NCBI GenBank assembly: GCA_008632985.1
Contig: QPGO01000310.1
Coordinates: 1-62,203 of the forward strand
Reading direction: 5' to 3'
Length of the DNA: 62,203 nucleotides
Origin: Psammoneis japonica
Lineage: Eukaryota
Shown here in pieces: positions 47,530 to 57,689 of this stretch. Position numbers and translations under genes: made by a program. The notes below the pieces were generated by a model. That model was not told the DNA's origin. It was given only the letters and a program-made list of their open reading frames with translations, and did no database searches. Each line of letters begins with the position of its first letter. Positions within the stretch are counted from its first letter, which is position 1.

Positions 47530-48152
47530 GGTCGAAGTTTGGATGCATACTGCATACATGCCTACAAGCTAGAATCGCAGTGGCGGTCTGTCTGTACGAT
47601 GGTTTCTACGGATATTTTGTACCTTCGTCCGTCCCTACCACCTCTAGCTAAATCTAATTTTGATCGGGCTGGTCGGATTCAGGCTGGAGGTGTTAGGGAC
47701 GNAACGCAAGTACAAAATATGCGTAGAAACAATCGTACAGACAGACCGCCTTTGAGATTCTGCCGTTGCACGTACGCAAGCCACAAAGCGCGTAACGGTC
47801 GACGCATGGACTCACGATGGAGTTTTTGATATATATCTATGATAACGCTCAACGATTTTCACTCTGCCAGCGGCCATGGCCATGGAGGTCAAGGAACGAT
47901 CATACAGCGTTGATATGACGATGGATATCCATCGCCTTGACAGTCACTATACGCTCCGCGCTCCGCCTGCAAAATCTGCAGTCGAGAAGCCTTCCTCGGA
48001 AACATGGTTTGCATTTTGGAATTTGTCGAAAACCTTTTCAAATGTTTCTTTTTGGCGATGATTCGAAACACGTCGTTTTTCGTGTTTCTTCCACGATACT
48101 CTCACAACGCCCACGATACTCACAACGTCGAGACAAACGCACTGCAACAACA

Positions 48153-48716
48153 ATGGCACCAAAGACTGGAGCTGAGCGCCAGAAGGGTTACAGGGACCGA
48201 CATGATGCAAAGGGACCGGAGTTTAGAGAAAGCGAGAATCTTCGACACCGGGAACGTCGAAAGAGGGAGAAGGAACTGAAGAAGGCGAATTCGGAATCCA
48301 TTGCCGTGGCCCAGTTGCTTCTGAAAAACCAAAAGGAGGAGCGCCAAGACCTGCTGAAGCAAAACAAGGAGCAAAACAAGGACCTGCTGAAGCAAAACAA
48401 GGAGCTAAACAAGGACCTGCTGAAGCAAGGCAAGGACACTCGAGAGCTGTGTGCCAAACTGGTTGCTGCGACGCCTGGCAATCTAGTGGCAGATCCGAGC
48501 AGCAACGCCGACAACCCCGAAGCGCAACGTCTACGAAAAGAGCGCGATGACGCATATGAAAAGCTCGATGACGCATATGAAAAGCTTGATGTTGCAGAAG
48601 CAAAGCTTGACGGCGCATACGCAGAGATTCAGCGGCTCAGGCGAGAGCGATCCGGCCGCCAATATGATGCCGAATACTACCGACCGACAAAGCGCACCCG
48701 CCGGGATTACCATTGA
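48153..48716 (+). CDS. Small basic coiled-coil protein with internal tandem repeats
   Basis: ATG at 48153 after an acaaca leader. Three 33-bp repeats (DLLKQNKExNK) and 21-bp repeats (DDAYEKL). Confidence 0.6.
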   Translation: MAPKTGAERQKGYRDRHDAKGPEFRESENLRHRERRKREKELKKANSESIAVAQLLLKNQKEERQDLLKQNKEQNKDLLKQNKELNKDLLKQGKDTRELCAKLVAATPGNLVADPSSNADNPEAQRLRKERDDAYEKLDDAYEKLDVAEAKLDGAYAEIQRLRRERSGRQYDAEYYRPTKRTRRDYH

Positions 48717-48897
48717 ATGATAATTCTCTGCAGATTCATCGTCTGCAACATCGCGCTTCCGATAGGATACTACTTCTATTATAATTAACTTCTATAACTA
48801 ACGTCTCTGGAAGAATCAGCTGTAATACATGTATGCATAGAAATACTACACGAGAGTGGCTTTAACGACCTACTCCTTTGAGGCATCCGGTTGGACA

Positions 48898-50484
48898 CTA
48901 GGATAACACCATTTCTCCAGCCACGGCTTTATCTACTGGGTCGGTGGGAAGGAGAGACTTGTGCTGAGAAAAGGCCTCCTCGAGAAATTTTCCAATAACG
49001 GAAATCGACTGGCACGACCGAACGACAGTGCCAGAAACACCGTCTTTGCACTCCAGCACTGGCACTGGTCCCATGGGATTAATACAAAGAAAGTCTTTGC
49101 TTTTGTTTTCGCCTTTGAATGGACTTTGCGGCAAGCTGACTCGCCAAGTGCATGACGACCTCCAGTAACCGTATAGCTTGAAATCGACGGATCAGCCATC
49201 TTGCACCAGAGAGCAATCATCAGGAGTGCCGTCGGTTCTGGCTGGCAAAATGGTGCCTTCACATTCACCAAAGCCCACGCGAGTTCCATCATGACGGACA
49301 CATTGTCCATTCATTATTACGGAATCACAGTCTATCATTTGCGCACTTTGTCACCCATTCCATGGCACCCTTCCACCTCAATTCGAGCGCACTGCCATAG
49401 TATCACGGTTATGTTCCAGAGATGGTTCCATCCCCATCAACTCGCCTGCTTGCATCACGTAACCCGTTACCGAATGATGCATAAGTTGTCGAGCAGCGTT
49501 CCAATGCATGTGCTTCAAGTTGGATCGATCAACCCCTGTGGGCTCTGACTAGTCAAAAGCCTTTACTCCAACCGATAGTTTGACATCAAATGAATTGTGG
49601 GCTGGGTCTTGGAGATAGGGTAGCGGCATTGGATCGACTTGCTCTGGTTCAGCCGAACTGATGGCACGAAAGTCATCAAGAGCGTTCATGGTGACAATCC
49701 ACGGAGAAATAGTAGTGGCAAAATTCTTCGCCGTAAAGGGACCCAACGGAACATATTCCCACTTTTGAACATCTCGCCGACCAATCATTCATGGGACATA
49801 TCCAAAGATGCGATCGTTGGCTTGTTCGAGTGACATGGGAGCCGTAATGGCAGGTCCGCCAACTACCGCTGCCTCATCCAATTCATAATCCAGCAGTCGG
49901 CAAGGACCATAGATGCTGCCTTGTTTGGGATCGTCCCTGTCTGTTTGCAGCTGTCCAGTTGGACGATGAGCGGGCTTTCCCCAAAGAAATTTAGTGGGTG
50001 ACCGTCCGTAATAACCGACGGGTAAATGCAGCCAATCGGGCTGCACGGCGTTTTCCTCGCCACGAAACATGATACCCAAACTCGTTGCATGCTTTCGGCT
50101 TGAATAAAAGTCGGTATATTCGCCCACAATGATAGGCATACCCTTTTCTACTCTTTCAACAGGGTACAAAGCTGCTTGCTGAAGCTTTCTGTTTGTAGCA
50201 AGTCGATTGTCAGTACCCGTCAAGAGATTCAAAAGAGGTTCTCGGGTGACCGTCCACACTGGTTATGGGTGTCGCAGAAACGAATTGAGCATTGGCTTTG
50301 TAAAGACATTGGGACCTAGATTGGGAATACCAACCAAGAGTCCCGCTTCTTACAAGACTTGTCAACCGTGTCACCGGCAAATATCGTATGAAATAGCACA
50401 TCTTTGTAGTTTCGAGCAAAGTGACACCACACCAAAAGGTAAAAAGTCCAAGTCTTAGCGAACCGGCAACCACGACGACGCCAT
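48898..50484 (-). pseudogene. FAH: Fumarylacetoacetase fused to GST-zeta/maleylacetoacetate isomerase; degenerate and 3'-truncated
   Basis: FAH motifs YTDFYSS.KHA, WLHLPVGY.GR and RDVQKWEYVPLGPF.AKNFATTISPWIVT. Then the GST-zeta motif KLYGYWRSSCTWRV (49138-49180) and NPMG.VPVLE. In-frame stops (e.g. 50455-50457), frameshifts and substituted conserved residues. Confidence 0.85.
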
Positions 50485-51193
50485 TGTCGACAAGAGAACG
50501 ATGAATACGAAAATCTTGCGTCTTTCCAGGACAACTTCTGTTAAGCAATCAAAGATGATCATGATGGTTGTTGCTGTAAGTAGTGTCAGAATCTTTTGTT
50601 TTTGTTCAGACCGGAAAATGACTTGCTTTTCAGAGAGAACCGTCACATCATCGCCCAATGACACCACAACATACTGTAGTCCATGCGCGGTAATTACGTT
50701 TCCGGTGTATATGCTTGCAGCTGTGGTCGTTCTTGATAGTGCTGAAGGAGTTCCGCGTTCCGCCGCATGCTCGGGTGTGTTGTATTCCGCCTCGAGCAAC
50801 GCATTCATCGACGACAGCACCAGCGGTAGGGATTGCAAGCATGCGGTCTATTGTCTTGTCTAGTCTTGAGCGTTTAACAAGTCGTCGTCATGAAAGGACC
50901 AATCGTTGTTATCGTTGCTATGTTGAGTAGTGTCGTTTTGTTTCCCAGAGAGGTGTTGTAGTTGCAGGTTGATGCATGACTTCTGCTTCTGCTTTGATTG
51001 CGATTCTCTGTCAAGAGACTGTCGTCATCGAACGACCATGCATCGAGTCTTCGTCGTTGTTGTCGTCAAGGGTGGGTGGAAAGCAAGTCATCTACGTCAT
51101 CGTTCCAACTGTCTCCTAGCGACGCCATGGTGACAGCGAGAGAGCGAGCGAGGGTTCTGTCAGTGACGGTCTGTCACCGTCGGGTTGTGAGCA

Positions 51194-51301
51194 TCACGTG
51201 CGCACGTGACGAGCGTCCCGTGCGCACGTGTCGAGCGTCCCGTGCGCACGTGTCGAGCGTCCCGTGCGCACGTGTCGGGGTCTGTCACGTGCGCACGTGA
51301 C
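51194..51301. repeat. Three 22-bp tandem units bracketed by two perfect palindromes; seven CACGTG in total
   Basis: gagcgtcccgtgcgcacgtgtc at 51211, 51233 and 51255. tcacgtgcgcacgtga at 51194-51209 and gtcacgtgcgcacgtgac at 51284-51301. Confidence 0.9.
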
Positions 51302-52869
51302 GGTCTTAAGGGGGACCGCCGACCTATTTTTTCCGCGTTTATCCTAAAATTAGCAATGTGTTTGAATGCGTTTATTCATAATTGTCAATTTTAAATGCAA
51401 GAGTTGTTCGATCGCCCACGAAAACGAGAACATCAGGCACCGCGATCGAAGCACGACGATGACGGCAATTGCGCTGTCTCTCAAAATTGGCCCAGTGGCA
51501 CGAGGGACGAAAGCACACAAATCAATCTGAACTGCATGACGACAATGAAGCCAATGAGTGTCCCTCGTGAGGTGGCACTTTGCAGCTCACCGCTCGTCGC
51601 GAACATCGTCATTGTCGCTCGTCCTTTTGTCGTGTTGTTTTCTGTCGCGACCCATCAAAAATGTGTAAAAACCCGGAAAAGACATGCAAAAAAAAAGAGC
51701 CGACGGCCCGCCTTAAAAGATCGCAAAGAAAAAAAGAAAGGCTCATGTTGGCACAAACATTGTGTGTGCTGCATGTTCGCGCACTTTTCCATGCTGGCAC
51801 AAAAAAAGCACCCCTGCGAAGCCAGCAGCGCAGCTTTGAATTGCTCTGTGAGCTGCTGCAAGACAGAGCTTGGCTTGGTTTTGCCCATTTGGGGATTCCC
51901 CAAAATGGCAAGGGGGGCGTGCTCCAGCTCTGGGTGGGACCTCGCACCACTGAGCTGTGGCACAATTGTTTTTTGTCATCCGTCGCATGTTTCGCACGTG
52001 CATTTCTGCGTGTTCCATCACAAAAAATTGTCCCACACTGCCTGATTTGCGAAGCCAAATGCTTTCTGTCATCTGCGCTTGTGCCAACAAAAGACGCAAC
52101 TGTGACATCGACAGTTTTTTGAATCGCGTCGCATGTTGCGCACGTAGATTTCTGCGTGGTTTTTGCGACATTTTGTGTCATTTTACGGTGCACTTGTTGA
52201 GCGATCCGTCCAGCAACTTTTGACATTTTTTGTTGCAGCGCAATTCTATGATGTCTTAAGAATCGCGCAGGGTGGGCGCTTTGCAAAAACGTCGAGTGTC
52301 AAGTGGCACAATTGCAGACGCGTTCCAGGTCTGGGTGGGACCTCGTGCTGCTGAACTGTGACATCGACAGTTTTTTGAATCGCGCCGCATGTCGCGCACG
52401 TGCATTTCTACGTGATTTTGGCAAAATTTTGCATCATTTTATAGCGCAATCATCAGGCGATCCATTCAACAACTTTTAACATTTTTTTCTTCTACGCCAT
52501 TCTCGAGTGTCTTAAGAATGGCGCAGGGCAGGCGCATTGTCCAAAACTTCGAGTGCAAACAGAGACACATGTGCTGCAAACTTGGCCATTTGTTTCATGT
52601 CGAAGACAAATGTGTCCATCAACCAGAGTACGAACCACAGAGCTCGCAGGCAGAATTCTGCGGGGCAAATGTCACAAAAAGCCCCACCTGGGACTGGAAC
52701 CCATCTGCACCACAAACTTGGCCGTTCATTTGATGTTGAAGATGAACACACCCGTTGATTAAATTCTCGTGCTGCGGAGCTCGCACATAGAATTCTGCGG
52801 GCCGAATGTCACACGGAGTCCCACCCAGGGCTGGAACGCATCAAAAGTGCGCTGGGCATGTTCTTTGAT

Positions 52870-54570
52870 GTCCAAAGAACACACCCGGGCATGCTGCAAA
52901 GAATGCACTTCAAGTGTGGAGGAGGAGACACGCTTGCAAAATTGCCTCTTTTTCTGTTGGCGATCATTCGCACAACCATTGCTTGACAATTTTTCTGCTT
53001 AGCTCGCACGCAGAATTCTGCGGGCCCAACATCACAAAAAGTCCCACCTGGGGGCTGGAACCCGTCAAGGGCAAGGGGGAGCTGCCTTGTCCTTTTGGGG
53101 AACACCCGGGAAATGAGGGTGATTTGGCGGGAAGGAACGGCTGAAAGGGGTCAGGGGAAGGAACAAAAAATGAGTGCAGCGCGGCAGCTCCCGCCTTGTT
53201 TTGTGTGGGCGGGTGTGCTTTTTGCCACATTCAACCAGAAAGCCGCGCTCTGCCGCCGCCGACCATGATGGATGCATCGACAAATCAACACAAAGCAGCC
53301 CCTCATGGTGCAGCAAAGGAAGAATGAACTTCGCCATTGAATCACACACATCGACGTTGCTCATGTGCGGCTCTGTTTTTGCCTTGGCATTTGCTCTGGA
53401 GCCGCTGTGGCTTGCATTTGTGACCGCGCGACACAAGAGGGAAAAAATGACACACCACATTCTGCACATTAGACAGGTCAAAGGGAAGAAGAAACATCGT
53501 CAATCAATCAGCCACATTTTTGTCAACCACGCGCGACTCCACTTTTGCCTTGTCCTTCACACTGGACGCCTCGTGGCTTGCCTTTCTGAGTGCATGACAA
53601 AAGAGTGATCTGAGCAACTCCCTTCATTCTGCACACAAGATGTGCAAATTGGAAGAATGAGAGTGACCATTCAATCCACCACATTGTTGTTGTTGGCCAT
53701 GTGTGGCTCTGCTTTTGCCCTGGCCTTTGCCACATGCTTTGTGGCTTGCATTTGTGGCTGCACAACAAAAAAACAACTGACGCCCAACGATCAATTGCGC
53801 TGGTGTTCTGCACATGTGCAACCACATTTCATCTTGTGTTTTGTGCCATGGATCCCGTTCAATCAATGTTGTCGAATGCATTGAGCGGCGTCGTGATTGA
53901 CGGGCAACAGCCATCACAAATGGGACGCGAGCGCGCCATGGCGTGTTGCCCATTTTTGTTGTGGTCGGTCGATTGTCTGGCTCATGCGTGGAACGCGCAG
54001 AAATGCATGAGAGGGAAAGCACGGGGAATTTCCAATGCACCATTTTTCATTCACGCATTGAGGGCACATGTGACGAACGGCAATTCACGGCGATTCTCCG
54101 GGAACTCACCCTTCCCGCGGAAAAACAGGGTGAAAGGTGGCAGCCCCGGGGAATTTTGAGAAAATGCACGGCAAAACCAAACTGAGAGACAGAGCAGTCT
54201 GGCCGTCAGCTTTCTTGGTTGACCAGCCTTTGACCCCCCCCTGTTGACCAACAACTTTGATGGTGGAAATGACCCCTTGGCTCAAGCTTGGCTTCTCGCC
54301 AAAATCGTTGGCTTTGCCGTCAAGGGTGTTGAAGGTGTCGCAGCCCCTGGTGTGTTGGCAAGGGGACTGCGGCTGATGGGCTCCAGCCCTGGGTGGGACT
54401 TTTTGTGACGCTGGGCCCGCAGAATTCTGCACGCAAGCTCTGCAGCAAAATTGTGCAGCAATGAACATGCCAACAATCGCCAACAGAAAAAGAGGCAATT
54501 TTGCGAACGCACCTCGTCCTCCTCCACACTTGAAGCACATTCTTTGCAGCATGCCCGGGTGTGTTCTTCA
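52870..54570. repeat. ~200-bp inverted repeat pair (52870-53065 / 54375-54570)
   Basis: cacccgggcatgctgcaaagaatg.cttcaagtgtggaggagga...gcagaattctgcgggccc versus its reverse complement near 54410-54562. Confidence 0.8.
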
Positions 54571-55753
54571 GTCATTGAAGAGCGCACCCACCAGCGTGCT
54601 TTTGTTGCCAAAATGACAGCAACAGAAGATTGGGCATGTGGGGCTCTGCCACACATCATTGTGAGTGAGAAATGGGATTTTTGAGTCAGAGCGGCGTGTG
54701 AGTCATCAAACCCTCTGTTTCAAGAAACGAGGGTGTGTGGCTGCAGCGGGAGCTCCATCCAGCCCAAGCCCAAGAAATGCATGGTTCTCAGGCCTGGACC
54801 CAGAGCAACTTCAAGTGGTTTTTGAAGGCAAAATTCCCAAATGATCTGCGCATGCAACATCTGAATGGATTGCTCCAACAAACAGAAGATGGTCACATGA
54901 ACATGTCAGCTGCAACAAAAGTTGGGGCCACAGTGCAAAAGCCACTTTTTGTCTCACATGAAGTGCTTGCAAGACAGGGCTGCTGCTGGTGGCAGGAGCA
55001 TGAAGCATCAAACAATGTTGCTCAAGCTCAATTTGTTGTTGTGTGCGTTGATTGAATTTTCTCACTGGAAGGGCCCAAGTCACGCTGCTGAGACAAAAAA
55101 AGTGCTGGGATTGTGCGAAGAGGATGACACTGATGATGCACGTGCTGAAGCTTTTTTGATCTTGAGGCTTTTCTGCCCAAGGCTTGGGATCAGCTCTGGC
55201 AACAAACAGCAAACTCCAGGCCTTTCTTGCATCATGAAAAAGGTTTGCATTGCTGGGTCAAGGCGCCACTTGGTCAGCTCTCCATCATTGCACGTGCGTC
55301 AGATGTGTCAGAATGCTGTCCTCCAGCGCAAAAGACAACTCTGCCTCCCATGCCATTGACTGCAAATTGGCCAAAGGATGGGACACCTTGGCACTTGGAT
55401 GTTTCTTTTGTCAGCTGGAATGGCGGGAAAGCAACAAACATTGGGAATCCACACCACATTTGAGTTTGTCACAATCCAAAAAACTTGAAATGTGACCCCA
55501 GCGACTTGGGCACTTGAGGGGCGGTGTTGTCATGGTGGGGTCAAAATGAAAAAGCTGGGTGCCTCAGCATTTTTTTTGTTTTGGAACAAACTTGGAACAA
55601 GCAGCTCAAGAGGTGCACTTGTGAGCCTGCTGTGGGGCTGCCACACATGTCCCACAGTGTCTGGCACTTGGCCACCCAGTGGGCTTCTTGATGCGGGGCC
55701 GACATTGCTGTCATTGAAATGTTGGTCAATGGGAGTGACTTGTGGAATTGTTG

Positions 55754-57456
55754 AAGTGCATTGCCAAGGGAAACAAACAGAGTTGTGTTGCAAGTGAAAA
55801 CAACAAAGAACCCATTTTTGACATCCTCTTTCCAGGCCGCTGGGATTCTTTGTCATGGAACACCTTGAAAAGCTGCTTGCTTGCCAAGTTGATGTTCTTG
55901 TTGCACCAGTGCTTTGTCGTGCTTGGGCACACTCAATTCCTCTGTGTCAAAAAACTTCACCATGTTTCTTGATTCCTGCGTCAATTTGGCAAGATGATGT
56001 TCATTCTCTCGCTTTTGCTTTTTTCAATGGCGGCACATGAAAGTGCTGGTGACTGTTGCAGCTTTCTGCCAGCTGAACATTTGCAACTAAATCAGATTCT
56101 TTGAGTGATTGTCGCGCCTTTGCCGCTCCATCCAGAGCCATCTCACCAGCTCTCTTGGGTTTTGCCACAAAAGAAAAAAAGTCAAAAGGAGGTGGCAAGT
56201 GGTGCCAACAGCACAATGCCACAGAAACACACAATCAACACACATTGCATGCACAAATCATCAAGCTGTGCATGCCAGACAACTCTTTCAGCAGGGTTGC
56301 TTTCAAGCTGCGGGCTGTCTGCCTGCATGTTGGACATCCCAGAAAACAATGTCCGCTGTGTGGATCAAGAACATTGGATGCAAACAATGTGCGACTGAGC
56401 AAGCAATGCAACTTTGGGCACAAGATGAGTGCAAATGATCCTCTCTCCACTTCTCTGCTCAACTCTCGCCACAGCAATTTTCTTGGAAACTCTCATCCAT
56501 CCAGTCATCTGCTGCCCCGCTGCAACATCAATTTGGCTGACATTGAAGAAAATGAGAAAAGAAGCTGCAGCTGATGAGAGCACAAAAGAGCCCAAGTTGC
56601 GGAGTTGTTTTTAAGTGCGTCACCAAGGGAAACAAACAGAGTTGTGTTGGGAGTGAAGACAACAAAGAGCCCATTTTTGACGTCCTTTTCCCAGGCCGCT
56701 GGGCTTCTTTGTCACAGAACACCTTGAAAAGCTGCTTGCTTGCCAAGTTGATGTTCTTGTTGCACCAGTGCTTGTTGTGCTTGGGCACACTCAACTCCTT
56801 TGTGTCAAAAAACTTCGCCATGTTTCTTGGTTCCTGTGTCAATTTGGCAAGATGATGTTCATTCTCTTGCTTTTGCTTTTTTTCAATGGCGGGGCACATG
56901 AAAGTGCTGGTGTCTGTTGCAGCTTTCCAGCCAAACATTCGCAACTAAATCAGATTCTTTGAGTGCTTGTTGTGCCTTTGCCTCTCCATCCAGAACCATC
57001 TCACCAGTTCTCTTGGGTTTTGCTGCAAAAGAAAAAAGTTAAAAGGAGGTGGCAAGTGGTGCCAACAGCACAATGCCACAGAAACACACAATCAAAGCAC
57101 GTTGCATGCACGAATCATCAAGCTTTGCATGCCAGGCAACTCTTTCAGCAGGACTGCCATCAAGCTGCGGGCCATCTGCCTGCACACCGGACAACCCAGA
57201 AAACAATGTCTGCTGTGTGGATCAAGAACATTGGGTGCAAACAATGTGAGACTGAGCAAGCAATGCAACTTTGGGCACAAGACAAGATGAGCACAAATGA
57301 TCCTCTCCACTTCTCTGCTCAGCTCTCACCACAGCAATTTTCTTGGAAACTCTCGTCCATCCAGTCATCTGCTGCCCCGCTGCAACGTCAATTTGGCTGA
57401 CATTGAAGAAAACAAGAAAAGAAGCTGCAGCTGATGAGAACACAAAAGAGCCCAAG
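55754..57456 (+). repeat. Two tandem ~860-bp diverged copies
   Basis: Copies begin aagtgc..ccaagggaaacaaacagagttgtgttg at 55754 and 56613, and end cacaaaagagcccaag at 56596 and 57456. Confidence 0.9.
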
Positions 57457-57689
57457 GGGAGTCAAACAACACACCACATTGCTCACACAAGATGCACTTG
57501 CACTCAGTTTGGTGCCCCAAATGTCACACAATTTTGATTGAAGAGCAGCCAGAGGGATTGGCTCCTCTTTTTAAGAGGAGCTGCCCTGTGGCCAGTGGCG
57601 AGCTGCACTTCATTCATTGCCATTTTGTGTTTGGCATGCAAGTGCTTGCAATGGAAGCAGCAGAGCCCTTCGGTCTTTGGTTGCACTGG

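Noticed and set aside
50500..50890. Separate small gene upstream of the FAH pseudogene
   Set aside because: Several competing short frames and none identifiable.
51194..51301. Possible CRISPR array
   Set aside because: Units are contiguous with no unique spacers, there are no cas genes, and the context is eukaryotic.
55754..57456. Tyrosine recombinase or transposase coding in the 860-bp repeats
   Set aside because: The plus-strand frames look protein-like, but no catalytic motif could be identified convincingly.
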